Below are positions 1 through 11,170 of a stretch of DNA of 64,000 bases, in pieces (positions within the stretch are counted from its first letter, which is position 1; each line of letters opens with the position of its first letter). Source of the DNA: Eledone cirrhosa (taxonomy: Eukaryota). The notes under the pieces were generated by a model. That model had not been told where the DNA came from and did not search any database. It saw only the letters and a list, made by a program, of their open reading frames with translations. Where the stretch lies: assembly GCA_964016885.1 (NCBI GenBank), contig OZ024742.1, positions 113,274,001 through 113,338,000 on the forward strand. The letters run 5' to 3'. The position numbers and the translations under genes were made by a program.

Positions 1-880
1 ATTCTTCTTCATATTTGAGGAACCAGTTTTCGGATTTTTCCCACCGTTTAAGGGAAAACATTTATGCATTCTCGCAGTCCTGTTAAAACGATTTAATTAA
101 ATTTGTAGGGTTGTTCCCTCGCCCTTTTTAGTGCATTCTTCCTCCATTTTGTTATCAGTATCCTTATACTCTTGCTCGTTGGAGGTGGCCCTTAATTTTA
201 GGAGTTCTATGTCCATGTTTATCCTGCTGTGTGACATTTGTTCACGGAGTTTTCTTTCTGGTTCAGATTCGTTTATAATATGCTTTATTTTGAATTTACG
301 TGGTAAAACTATCGGTGTTGAGTTCATCCATTTCTGGTAAATTCCAGCTTTGTTGAGGTTTTTTATCATATTCCAGAAAGTGAATTTTCTGGTTTTTAGA
401 TGTTTTTTCCAGAGGTGTCCCATTTGGTTTTTGATTTGGAGCAATGTTTTCTGTTCTGTTTTGGTATTCATAAGTTTTTCGTTGGAATTGCATACGTTTT
501 GAACGTTTAAATACATTTGGTTGTAACTCGGTGTGGTGGTTTGGGGTATATCCTGTATTTTGTCAGAATGGTGAGTTTTCCATTTATCTCTTTTAGGATT
601 TTCAGGATTTCTTCATTTATATTGGAGTTTGAAGTTGTGTTGTCTTGTTCCAGTGCCATTTTCCGGATTTGCCTAGGTTAGTATATATGAAAAGTGTAAG
701 TTTCTACACAACACGAAGGTTATAGAGAAAATTGAGGTTGTTAATGGCACATGGAATATATAAGAGACAGAATACATTTTGTGAAAAAACATATGATTTT
801 ATAAGGTAAGGGAAGAATAAAGGGTATAAAAAATGACCGGTTTCGATGGGTCTGCAAAAGCCATATTTTCAAATGTTGAT
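1..880 (-). mobile_element. 5' part of a probable Penelope-like element (pLTR with HHR relic, then N-terminal ORF), cut by window edge
   Basis: Minus-strand CGAAACCGGTC HHR signature at ~835-845 lies upstream of an ATG at 659 (MALEQDNTTS..., frameshifted into ORF 97-516 ...PIVLPRKFKIKHIINESEPERKLREQ...). No RT is visible inside the window. Confidence 0.5.
832..878 (-). ncRNA. Degenerate PLE-type hammerhead ribozyme (U3:A8 core)
   Basis: Reverse complement reads TTGAAAA-tATGG(cttttgcagac)CCATc-GAAA-CCGG-TC. Stem III is palindromic; stem I is poorly paired. Confidence 0.5.
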
Positions 881-1189
881 TAATATTAAGAAAAATTAAT
901 AATAAGAAGAGTTAAAATTTAAGATTTGAAAATTCAAGTATAAAATTCAGTGTGGGATTTCATAATAGTTTTCATCTTGGTAGCAGCAAGTTGACTGCTG
1001 TGTGTCCCTTTCTGGTAGTGAATGAGGAATTATTTGTGGGGAGTGGTTTTTTTTAAGGTCAGAAATAGCAATGGCCAGATGGCCAGCTGCTGGCCAGTGA
1101 GGGGGTGGAAGCAATATACATACATATATCTCCATGTGGTCGGTAGGAGAGGGGAGAGTAATAGAAAGGGATTTAATGCACTTACACCT

Positions 1190-1668
1190 ATATATACACA
1201 TACCCTCATCCACACACACATACATATACATATACATACATATATATATATATATACATATATATATACACACACATACATACACACACATGCATATACA
1301 TACACACATACACTCACATATATATATACACACACACATATATACATACACATACATCCATATACACACATACATACACACACACAAACATACACATATA
1401 TATATACATATATGTACATACATATATATATATATATATATACACACATACATACACACACATATATATATACATACACACACACGCACACATACACACA
1501 CATACATGCATCCACATGCACGCACATACACACACACATACACACACACATACATATACATACACCCACACACATAGAGAAATGGCCTCCAAATATATAT
1601 ATATACATACATACACATATATGTTTTCCATGGTATAAGAAGTTAGAACAGTGAAATTAAAATACAAG

Positions 1669-1733
<65 letters not shown>

Positions 1734-1740
1734 CACATAA
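1190..1740. repeat. Compound (CA)/(TA) microsatellite
   Basis: Direct inspection; explains the YIYI/CVCV ORFs. Confidence 0.95.
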
Positions 1741-2004
1741 ATATATTTCCATATCATACATAGATGTTTATTTCACTCATGCAATTACGGGTGGCTGTGT
1801 ATCTTGTTGCCTTTTGTCATTAACGCATAAATCTAAGGAAGCTAAAACATTAAAAGGCAAAAATAAGCATGAAAGCATACAATTAGGGGAAAGAGGTACT
1901 AATAAATCTTATTCTATACGGAATTATAGTGAGTTGCTAGTTAGAATATTTAATTAGGTTTATAGTATTTAATTAGGTTTATAGTATTTAAATGTTTTTT
2001 AAAT

Positions 2005-2290
2005 GTTTTTCGTATACGCTGATTACAGACTATGAACAATTCCTTATCTTTTATTTAATAAATCGTCCTTAGATTTAGAAATTTCCAAGATCTCTGCTGA
2101 ACATAATCCGCATTCCTTCCTGTTTCCAAGATATGGAGTTTTTTTGTAGAATGGTGTTCCACGATAACTTAAAATCTATTTTTTTTCTTTTTATAATTAT
2201 TTACCACTTCAGCTAAGGATGTGGTGTTTGCTAGTTTAGTATTGTTGAAACTACTTCGAGTGTGCGTAAAATCTTTTCTTAAATGTGTTT
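2005..2290 (-). mobile_element. Inverted copy of the 3' end (GIY-YIG C-terminus) of the adjacent PLE
   Basis: 2118-2290 is the reverse complement of ~2918-3088. It continues into RKECGLCSAEILEISKSKDDLLNKR, the C-terminal CxxC...LNKR motif missing from the + copy. Confidence 0.8.
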
Positions 2291-2602
2291 TAAAAAATTC
2301 TTTGAAATACTACATAAACATTTTCCACCAAACCACAGATACCACCAAATATTTAACAAATATTCTCCTACTCTACATCAAACAACCTCAAACAAAAAAA
2401 TAAGCAACCACAACATTTATAAACTTCAAAGTAATATGACTACACCACCGCAACATAATTTAAATAGGGTTGCACCTTTTAAAAAGACAAATAATACAAT
2501 CCTTCCACCTAGAAAACACAACCACCCAAATGACCAACACAAAAACAACAGAACACAAAATTACAATACAACTCTAGCAACAAACCACCCACAAAGCAAC
2601 CT

Positions 2603-2728
2603 TCATTCTCCTGCTATCATATCCCGCCGAGGTTGACTTTGCCTTTCATCCTTACGGGGTCGATAAAATAAAGTGCCAGTAATGCACTGGGTAATTGCTG
2701 GCCTTGTTCCTAAAGTAGAAACAATTAA
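2603..2728 (+). mobile_element. tRNA-derived SINE (family 1), 5'-truncated, inserted in the PLE
   Basis: Matches the full copy at 15551-15753 (cccgccgaggttgactttgcctttcatcc...gctggccttg...gaaacaatta). Confidence 0.85.
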
Positions 2729-3284
2729 TTAGAATAGGAATAGCTGAAGGATAAATGAGAATAGTATAGGCATCCCCCAAAACCATATTACGTATTGCTG
2801 TAATTGCAGAAATAGAAGCATTTGCCCCTTAAATGGAAAATGCTTGATTAATAATGTAGTATATAAATGCACTGTGTCTACTACAGACTCCAACAAAACA
2901 TATATAGTATCTACATCAAACACATTTAAGAAAAGATTTTACGCACACTCTAGTAGTTTCAACAATACTAAACTAGCAAACACCACATATTTAGCTGAAG
3001 CGGTAAATAATTATAAAAATAAAAACATAGATTTTAACTTATCGTAGAACACCATTCTACAAAAAAAATCCATATCTTGGAAACAGGATACAAGATACAT
3101 TCAACTATCAGTTTGACAATCCCCTTCCTCCCTAATAGATTTGTATGCCATTTCTACCTACACCTTTCAACCATTCCTTTCAACCATATGAAAAAAACAA
3201 TTTGATTCGTTAGTTCTTCAACTACCTCCAAATATGGACAATATACTAATTCTGAGTAAAATTATTATTGAATACAATTATTAT

Positions 3285-3416
3285 TGCTTTTGAAAACAGC
3301 TGGTGATATGCATTTAGGTAATTATTCGCTCTATCTGATAGTTTTTAAACTTACATAAATCGATAACTGAGTATAGATACAATGTATAATCACCATCTAG
3401 AAACGATCGTAAAGCA
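3285..3416 (+). ncRNA. Hammerhead ribozyme-like motif with long stem II insert (U3:A8 core)
   Basis: TGCTT-TTGAAAA-cagctggtgat...atcaccatcta-GAAA-CGATCG-TA-AAGCA. Stem I is 5 bp and stem III palindromic; it lies at the 3' end of a PLE. Confidence 0.65.
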
Positions 3417-3489
3417 GTGAAGTATATATTTAATGACTTGATTTTTTTATTTCATTGTTTTAACTTATATATATATATATATATATATA

Positions 3490-4480
3490 AAAGATGAATA
3501 TAAAATGAAAGTGCTTTTATAAAGGAATTTATTAGGTATTGACATATGTTTCTGTAACAGACGGAATACCTATGTATCGCTGCTTGCGTAATCATATAAT
3601 GTTAGCAAGTATTTGATAGCAAATGTATAATCAGTTGTCACTTCTTCACAGATATTGGACAAATTGGAAAAAATCAGAAAAATTGAAGTATTTATATTAG
3701 TTGTAAGAAAGGAAGAAGAGAGGGGATAGTATATGACAGATGGCAATTCAATTTACTGGTAAACAAGTATATAAAAGGTTTCGAATGAGAATACAATGAG
3801 TATATCGTTTATTTTATCTAAATAGGAATTTATGGGAGTGCCTATTTTAATCTATACTTGACCAATTGAACAATAGACAGGGATGGTCGTTTTCTGTAGT
3901 AGTATTAATAGATATAAGTGTCAATTAAGGAAGAGAGAGTTTTCACTGCTACTGAATACCAACAATGCTGGTAGCCTGCTGGTATATACATTAGGGAATT
4001 GAATTAAGAAATCTCATTTTATCTATAGCAGTTTATATTAAATGGTAAGTAATAGAAGAGTTGATAGAATTAAGACTACTAGAGAATGTTAATATGTATT
4101 TTGCCAATCAAACGGAGATGGAACCAGGCGTTCAATCCTGGTAGTGTTTGTAATATGAAAATGTAGATTTCCAGCGATGGTTACAGTATAACGATCGCTC
4201 TATTCTGTTATTTAATAAAACATTTTTTTGATTTCATAATACAAAATAATTCCATATTACACAATTTACAAAATTCCTGTCCGTGTTTATGCAGGGGTAA
4301 ATGTAATTATATCCCATGTTAGGTTAAATTGTTGGTTATTTTCGCGCAGCTGCCAAGCCTTGTCTGCGAGTGTTGTTACATAACGCTGGTTTTCAGGTTT
4401 TATTGAGTAACGATGTCTATAAAGGGGAGATTTGAAGGAGGTAGCTGTATACCCCACATAGTACCATTATTGGTAACCTG
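3490..4480 (-). mobile_element. 3' fragment of a second Naiad-like PLE (GIY-YIG + pLTR with HHR relic)
   Basis: rc of 4165-4470 gives YVGYTATSFKSPLYRHRYS...LADKAWQLRENNQQFNLTWDII...CKLCNME...LNNRIE...CNH. HHR relic GTGAAGA...GAAACATATGTC at ~3540-3650. Confidence 0.75.
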
Positions 4481-4482
4481 AA

Positions 4483-4557
<75 letters not shown>

Positions 4558-4667
4558 TAATATCTATTGACATATCAGAATAAAATTAGAATTGTATTTC
4601 CCGCCCTAGCACAGCTGATACATAAATATAAGTATGCACACGTACACATATACAGATATACACACAT

Positions 4668-4725
<58 letters not shown>

Positions 4726-4981
4726 ACACACACATATATATATATATGTGTGTGCGCGACTGTGTATGTGTGTATGTGTGTGTGAGTCTCTCTTTCTATA
4801 TATACATACTTTAATATATCTATCAAACGTACAAGAGCGAGAAAAGAAATGCTTATTTTATTTTGAATATTCTACAAGGTCAGTTGTAACTTGCTAGGTA
4901 TGGAAATGAGGCTATGCACCCGATGTTTACTTAAGAAAATATTATATATTTTTAACCGTTCAGCAAGATGGCAGATGTATA

Positions 4982-5022
4982 GAGTCCTTATGAAAGGTAA
5001 TGGCCCCAAAACATGTTGATTC
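4982..5022 (+). ncRNA. Degenerate hammerhead motif
   Basis: GAGTC-CTTATGA-aaggtaatggcccc-AAAA-CATG-TT-GATTC. Stem I is intact; two core substitutions. Confidence 0.4.
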
Positions 5023-5147
5023 TTCCCGAAAGCCGATGTTCAAGGAACACATGACGATCGGCTCCCAGTATGTCACAGCTTTAAATTAGGCTATTTGTTT
5101 ACACACAAATTGAACATAATTATTAATCCTCGATATAACCCACACGT

Positions 5148-5200
<53 letters not shown>

Positions 5201-5236
5201 AGTCTATGTGTTTGTATGTATATTCATGTATAAATG

Positions 5237-5331
<95 letters not shown>

Positions 5332-5484
5332 CAAGATGTATGGTAGGTCGTACGTAAATCGCGATGATCACGCCTGACCTACCAAATATGCGACGGTAGC
5401 TAGTTAAGCTCTATGCGTATAAGCAGAGCAGAAACATTAATGAAAAAGAACAAATGAACTATTATGACATTACAACAAGTTTAT

Positions 5485-5531
5485 TGCCGACAGACGTTTC
5501 GTCCGACCATATGGTTGGGCTTTTCAAGGCA
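5485..5531 (-). ncRNA. Type I hammerhead ribozyme, U3:A8 variant
   Basis: rc reads TGCC-TTGAAAA-GCCCAACCA(TA)TGGTCGGAC-GAAA-CGTCTG-TC-GGCA, with a GUC cleavage triplet and G10.1-C11.1 pair. Confidence 0.7.
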
Positions 5532-5757
5532 TATAACAGGTGATTGTAAGTTCATTATTTACATCAACGTTTCACTCAAGATTAGCAGTTTGAAATTGTG
5601 GTATACATCAACAGCTCCGCTTGTATATTTGGGGTCTATATTCTAAGGGGGCTCTTTTATATTAGTTGTAGGAGTTGTAAAAGGGATGGGTTATAGGGAG
5701 TTAAGAGAATTTGAAAAGGGCCTAAGAGTTAGGGATTTAAAGGTTAAAAATTAGGGA

Positions 5758-5806
<49 letters not shown>

Positions 5807-5844
5807 ATATTAACAAATGGAAACTATATTTATAAAACCATATT

Positions 5845-5908
5845 TATTTCATTATACATATTTCAGGACACCGAGTTAAATTATGGTGTGCTTTCATCAG
5901 ATAAAATA
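5845..5908 (-). ncRNA. Type I hammerhead ribozyme, canonical core
   Basis: rc reads TATTTTAT-CTGATGA-a-AGCACACC(12 nt)GGTGTCCT-GAAA-TATGTA-TA-ATGAAATA; stem I is 8 bp including one G-U. Confidence 0.75.
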
Positions 5909-6454
5909 TAATATAGATCAGCTTAATACATAAATATTGACATACACTTAAATAATGCGACCATTTATGTTGGAAGCTCCCGGATAGTGGGGTTATTAAA
6001 TTTATTTAGTCTATTATGCAAATTAGTGTCGGATATGTTTAAATCACGGAAAATTTAAAATGAGCCGTTGAAGTATGGAAAAAAGGGAAAGAAAAGAAAA
6101 AGAGAAAAAAGAGAAAAAGAGAAAAAAAGAGCAAACTCTAAGAGGAAAAAAGAAAATTAGAGAAACAGAAGAAAAAAGAAAAAAAGAAAGATAAAGAGAA
6201 ACTGAAAATGAAAGCCCTAAGTGATAGGCTGTTGTGTTAGCGTAACTTTTAAGATGAAGTGGCCTTTTGATTATTAAAAGGCCTCGGGCGCAACCGAACT
6301 ACACCGATGTCTTGTAATTCAGTGCCGAAACATCGGTTCGAGATACATTTACAGCTGACGATGGAAACTACTTTCTTCCTTTCTCCTCCTGTTCCGACCT
6401 AACCACCATCCTAAACCTTGTTTTTAATAACCACACAGCTCCTTTCGTTTGATA

Positions 6455-6515
<61 letters not shown>

Positions 6516-6635
6516 ACGTGTGTGTGTGTGTATGTGTGTGTATGTGTTGTGTATGTATGTGTGTGTATGTGTGTGCGTACGTGTACGCTTGCATACTTAC
6601 ATTCATCTATCAGCTGTGCGTATGTGTGTGAGGGC

Positions 6636-6671
<36 letters not shown>

Positions 6672-6929
6672 ATACGTATATGTGTACGCGTGCATACTTA
6701 CAGATTGACATACACATATATATATATACACATATATCGAATGACATTTATTTATAAAATAACATATACCATTTTGAGCTTTTCAAGTATGAGGTATGGT
6801 GCATGTTTAAAATGTTCTCAAACATGACATCTATACTCCCAAATACATTTTAGTTGAGCTTTTCACCGTTCAAAGATAGTGGCTGCTATTTCTAGCTTTC
6901 GACAAACATATTAACGCAATGAGGCAGCG

Positions 6930-7211
6930 ATGAGGTGCGTTGCTGTTTCCAAAACCCATATGCGTATTAGGTTATTTCTTGATCTGTATTTCACCCGAAT
7001 AAAACGATATATACAAAGCCTGTTCAACAACGATGATAGTAAAATAAATTCACGAAAACTTAAATGGGGAAACAAGAATCATGATCATATTTGGAATACT
7101 GGACCAAATGCGTTTTTTCTGCTGTACGACATTGTCTTCATCGCGATAGAACATTGCTCTCATCTACGATATTCAAATAATGCCACAATGTATGCCGATG
7201 CGAAGCCCTAA
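6930..7211 (+). mobile_element. Highly decayed LINE reverse transcriptase relic
   Basis: Ordered remnants LFLDL ... GPNAFFLLYDI ... TMYAD resemble non-LTR RT motifs 3, 4 and 5. Confidence 0.35.
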
Positions 7212-7924
7212 ATAAATGTTACACATAGAAATCTCCTCATGAGCTAGTGGGAGATTTCGAAACATGTATGACCCTGGTCATCGGGGAGAAGACGGAAAAT
7301 TGAGGCAATGATATGATTTAATAGCATGACCAGAACATATCATGGTGATAGATGAGTCAATCTCCCTTATGCCAAAGAGGGAGGACAATTTAAAATTGAT
7401 GTACATACTGGATCGACTACTTGTACTTGTTTTCATTGAATAGGAAAACATACATAACAACAATAGTAATTCTATAATTCATTCACATTTTCAAAACCGG
7501 TGTATTGAGTTTAAATATAGAATCACAGGAAATAGCTCACCAAATGTATTGAATTGGAGAGTGAACAGTGTTTGAATAGACTGTAGTCATTGCACCTCGC
7601 CATCCTCTAAATATAAGAGTTACATTATACTATTTAAAAAGGTGTTCCTTCATATTTACATACGTTTAGAATTTAAAGTAAATACAAATTTGAAAATCTC
7701 ATGTACAATATTCATGTAATTCCGCTATAGAATATATTTTACGTTGGTCTGTAATTAAAAGTGTTATTCCTCATAAATAGGGTGATTATTAGTTAAATGT
7801 GGATTCGACCGAAGAAGTGGAAAGGGCAATGACAAGAAAAAATAGTTTAGAATGGAACCGACAGGGATTTATTATTTTCTCCTTCACACGGAATTCTATA
7901 TAAAACTATATAGGTTCAGAGCTA

Positions 7925-8112
7925 ATAAAATGAACAGCCAATCTACTTATGACATTATTTCAATTGAACTAACTAATATGCAACATTTTCTCATCAGACA
8001 TGTGTATGTTGATCTTAAAGGAAATTATAATATCAATAGAAATGAAGAATTATTTTACGATAACAGATGCAACTGGAAACTGCAATATTCCAAATGATAT
8101 GGATACTAAATC
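7925..8112 (+). repeat. Diverged direct repeat of 9544-9732 (possibly LINE ORF1 relic)
   Basis: aataaaatgaacagc...cttaaaggaaattataa...tattccaaatg.tatggat is colinear in both copies. Confidence 0.75.
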
Positions 8113-8140
8113 TTCAATAATAACAGAAATAATATATATA

Positions 8141-8203
8141 TTACTCTGTTACTCTTTTTCCTGTTCCAGCGATCCGGCTGAGGCCATGCTGGGGCACCGC
8201 CCT
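8141..8203 (-). mobile_element. Short SINE-like 3' end fragment
   Basis: ttactctgttactctttt...ggccatgctggggcaccgcc resembles a common octopus SINE tail, recalled from memory and not searched. Confidence 0.45.
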
Positions 8204-8205
8204 TC

Positions 8206-8238
<33 letters not shown>

Positions 8239-8263
8239 ATATATATACATACACACAAACACC

Positions 8264-8346
<83 letters not shown>

Positions 8347-8536
8347 TATTCAGCTGATGAGGTCCTATTGAACAATAATTTGCCTACTGTTTCGTAAACA
8401 AACCTGAAGCAGTCTAAGGTTTGTATTCCTTAGGATTTTCTCTGTAAGGTGTCATCCGGAGTTTTAGTATAATAAAGAAGAGTGACTGTTTTATTCGTAC
8501 ATCTTCATGTGATTCTCGAGATGTACGAATTAAACC

Positions 8537-8790
8537 TGGCTGAGTGGCTGAGTGGTTAGTGAACTGGGTTCTAATTCGTGAGGTTGTGAGTTTGATTTCA
8601 GGACCGGACAATGCGTTATGTTTTGAGCAAGACATTATTTCCTGTTGCTCTTACTGTCTGGTGTTGCGACCGACAGTTATTGTTAGCAGCTTGAAAGACG
8701 AATTGAAACTTGTTTCCTCTGTCAGATTTGATGAGCCCCGCTCCTCTCGTTAAGCGAATGATGTCTGGGTTCTTGTCAATCGATTGTCGA
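8537..8790 (+). mobile_element. tRNA-derived SINE (family 2), decayed
   Basis: A box TGGCTGAGTGG, B-box-like GTTTGATTTC, followed by ttgagcaagacatt, a core-like SINE segment. Confidence 0.6.
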
Positions 8791-9149
8791 TATATATATA
8801 TATATATATGAAGGTCGCGAAGATATTTGTAGAATGTAATGTATGTGTAACGTTGTGAATAATATCATTTTATTTAATATCAAACCTGATTTAAAAAAAA
8901 AAAAAACTTTCTAAAAGTTAAAATACAAATACAAAAATATACGATGTCATTCATTATATGGTATATATGCACTGTGCTGGTGTGCTTGAGCCTTTGATAT
9001 ATGCAGAGAGTTGGTATTTATTCCTTTAATTGATGTACGCTGCGGATTTTCCGACGATACTTCATGCTAGCTTTATGCGGAACTTCTTGTTATTTTACGT
9101 GGAGGATGTATTCCCAGTGGTCTTCTAGTTTTTATATCTGGATGCCAGA

Positions 9150-9400
9150 ATGAGAAACAGTACGTGTAGAACATTTGTTTAAACTGGTTCTGAACTCTAT
9201 CTATAAATGTTTTATTGTTTGTTCTTACATAAATTGAATGGAAGGATGAACGAGAATACATTAAATTTCTAACTCCATTTTCAGGTTGCTGTTGCTTGGA
9301 TATTTACTGGATTTCTTCTTTGAACCCACCATCTCATGGCGGTCTTGTTGTAGTATGGCACTGCCTTTTCAAATATCCGTCTATTAGATGGTTTGCACGA
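9150..9400 (-). mobile_element. Naiad-like PLE thumb/linker relic
   Basis: rc gives SNRRIFEKAVPYYNKT...GFKEEIQ...SIYVRTN, resembling the PLE segment IFxxAxPYYNxAL...NVKTN. Confidence 0.5.
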
Positions 9401-9543
9401 TACGTTAAGGTTAATATTAGGGAGTAGAAAGATATAAATGATGTGAACTAACTAATCAAGCCTACATATCCAGGGACAAATAGGGGCAGTCATTGATGTG
9501 AATAATTGAAGGTTACAAACTATAATCAGTTACATTTCTAATC

Positions 9544-11170
9544 AATAAAATGAACAGCTAATCTACTCATGACAACATTACAACTGACGTAACTGATATG
9601 CAACGTTTTCTAGTCAGACATGGGTACGTTGAACTTAAAGGAAATTATAAATTCAATAGAATTGAACAATTGATTTACAATTATAGGTGTAACCAGAAAC
9701 TGCTATATTCCAAATGCTATGGATCCAAAATCGACTTTAAACGCAAAGTAACTCAGAACAACAATAAATCAATACTCTGAAAACCAGATAAACATTGTAT
9801 AAACAACATTGTTTTCAATAATATCCAATATGACGCAAATGAAAGGGGTTCACAAGTTGATCAAATACAATCACCGACAAAGTGAACAATAACAACAATG
9901 TACCAAGTAAAATATGAAAATCAAACCTAAATAAAGACCATAAACTAATGGAAATGTTTTTAAACATACATGACTAAACATTTAATATATTTCTCTTTCC
10001 AGAAACCCTCCTAAATGAATTGAACTAGTACAAAATGAAATAAACATAATTCGTTTTTGTTTTCACATACAATACATGCTATCATGGATCATCAATTTCA
10101 CTCTCAGTAATTAGATCATAATTAATATCTAAATTAGACATAAGGGAAATAATGCATAACTTCATAGACATTGTGTATATACACATCAGAAGGCTAGACT
10201 GCTATTTAATAAATAATTATAACCTAGGAAAACGCACAGGCTCTAGCGAAATGTGAATTTTACCTAAATAAATCTAATCCCTAAAGCAAAATTCTGTTTT
10301 CAAGGAATTTATATGCACACCATCCATTAAGAATTACTAGCATAAGAACATAATATATTGACGGAGAACATCCTTACAGTCTATGGATAAATACGACATA
10401 CATTTGCGTACAATACCAAAATCTCATACCTAAAGACATCTTAATAACAGAACATCAACAATAGATTATTTGTGGTCACTCTCAGGCTATACTTAAAACT
10501 GGCTATTAGACCATAATATGGGTCGAGGTTCGGAACATGCCACCATAGATTTCAATATTGCATTTCCTTTAACCAAATTAAACACCAATAATAACCAAAC
10601 TCACCAAATAAAGCCACAAATATGAACATATCAACTTCAGAAGACTGACTGGACTAATATCGAAATAGACCCATATTTATCACCCACAACACAATTTGCA
10701 ATAACCAGACAGCTGACCAACTAAAAGCAAGTCTACCAATATTCATAAATAAAATACAAGATACAAGTAATTAGAAAGTACATTTTACTCGTGTCAACCC
10801 GAATAAAAAAAACAATAATAAAGATAACAATACAATAATGCATTGTTAAGCAAAGGATTTATAAAACTAAGAAAAGTGCTAACCCACTCATACGATTCCA
10901 ATTATAGAAATATAAAGGGTTAAGATAAAGTTCAAAAGGCAAATAAGACATTAATTCTGGTCTAGCAAAATTAACCTGGAGGCTATGAGAGATATATGTA
11001 GGAAACGCAAATTACGCAAAAGTCAAGATCTATTAATACATGATCACAATTGTGAGGTAATCCCATACAGTTCGAAAACATTCAACACTATTTGCAGAAT
11101 CGTTTCTCGACACCTTTTCGTTTACAAAACACAATACATATTACAAAGCCATTACCCCTCTCACTCCAAA
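9544..11170 (+). mobile_element. Ancient APE-type LINE relic (ORF1 end + endonuclease)
   Basis: Frame-broken remnants in the expected order: NLYAHHP (GDFNAHHP-like), STIDY, GSEHATI (SDH-like), NF..TDW. Confidence 0.45.

Larger units (their letters stand above)
2290..3460 (+). mobile_element. 5'-truncated Penelope-like element, Naiad-like (linker + GIY-YIG endonuclease + 3' pLTR)
   Basis: KKFFEILHKHFPPNHRYHQIFNK linker; CNCRNRSICPLNGKC (CxCx5Cx5C); VVYKCTV...TYIVSTSNTFKKRFYAH GIY-YIG; HHR downstream. Clade assignment rests on the linker motif only. Confidence 0.8.

Noticed and set aside
947-1757. Long ORFs of YI/CV/HT repeats (also near 4600, 6450, 8200, 42000, 52600, 63200) and SL repeats (32100, 36000, 38000)
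   Set aside because: Translations of dinucleotide microsatellites, not genes.
2790-2850. Selenocysteine (in-frame TGA) usage reported for some Naiad PLEs
   Set aside because: The linker cysteines here are ordinary TGT/TGC codons.
6250-6380. Hairpins plus CTGACGA and GAAAC motifs
   Set aside because: Core elements are not in an order or pairing that gives a hammerhead.
8345-8420. CTGATGA motif (similar isolated motifs at ~37557 and ~45778, and a lone GAAACAATTGTA on the minus strand at ~33133)
   Set aside because: Partner core or stem I missing; at most very decayed relics.
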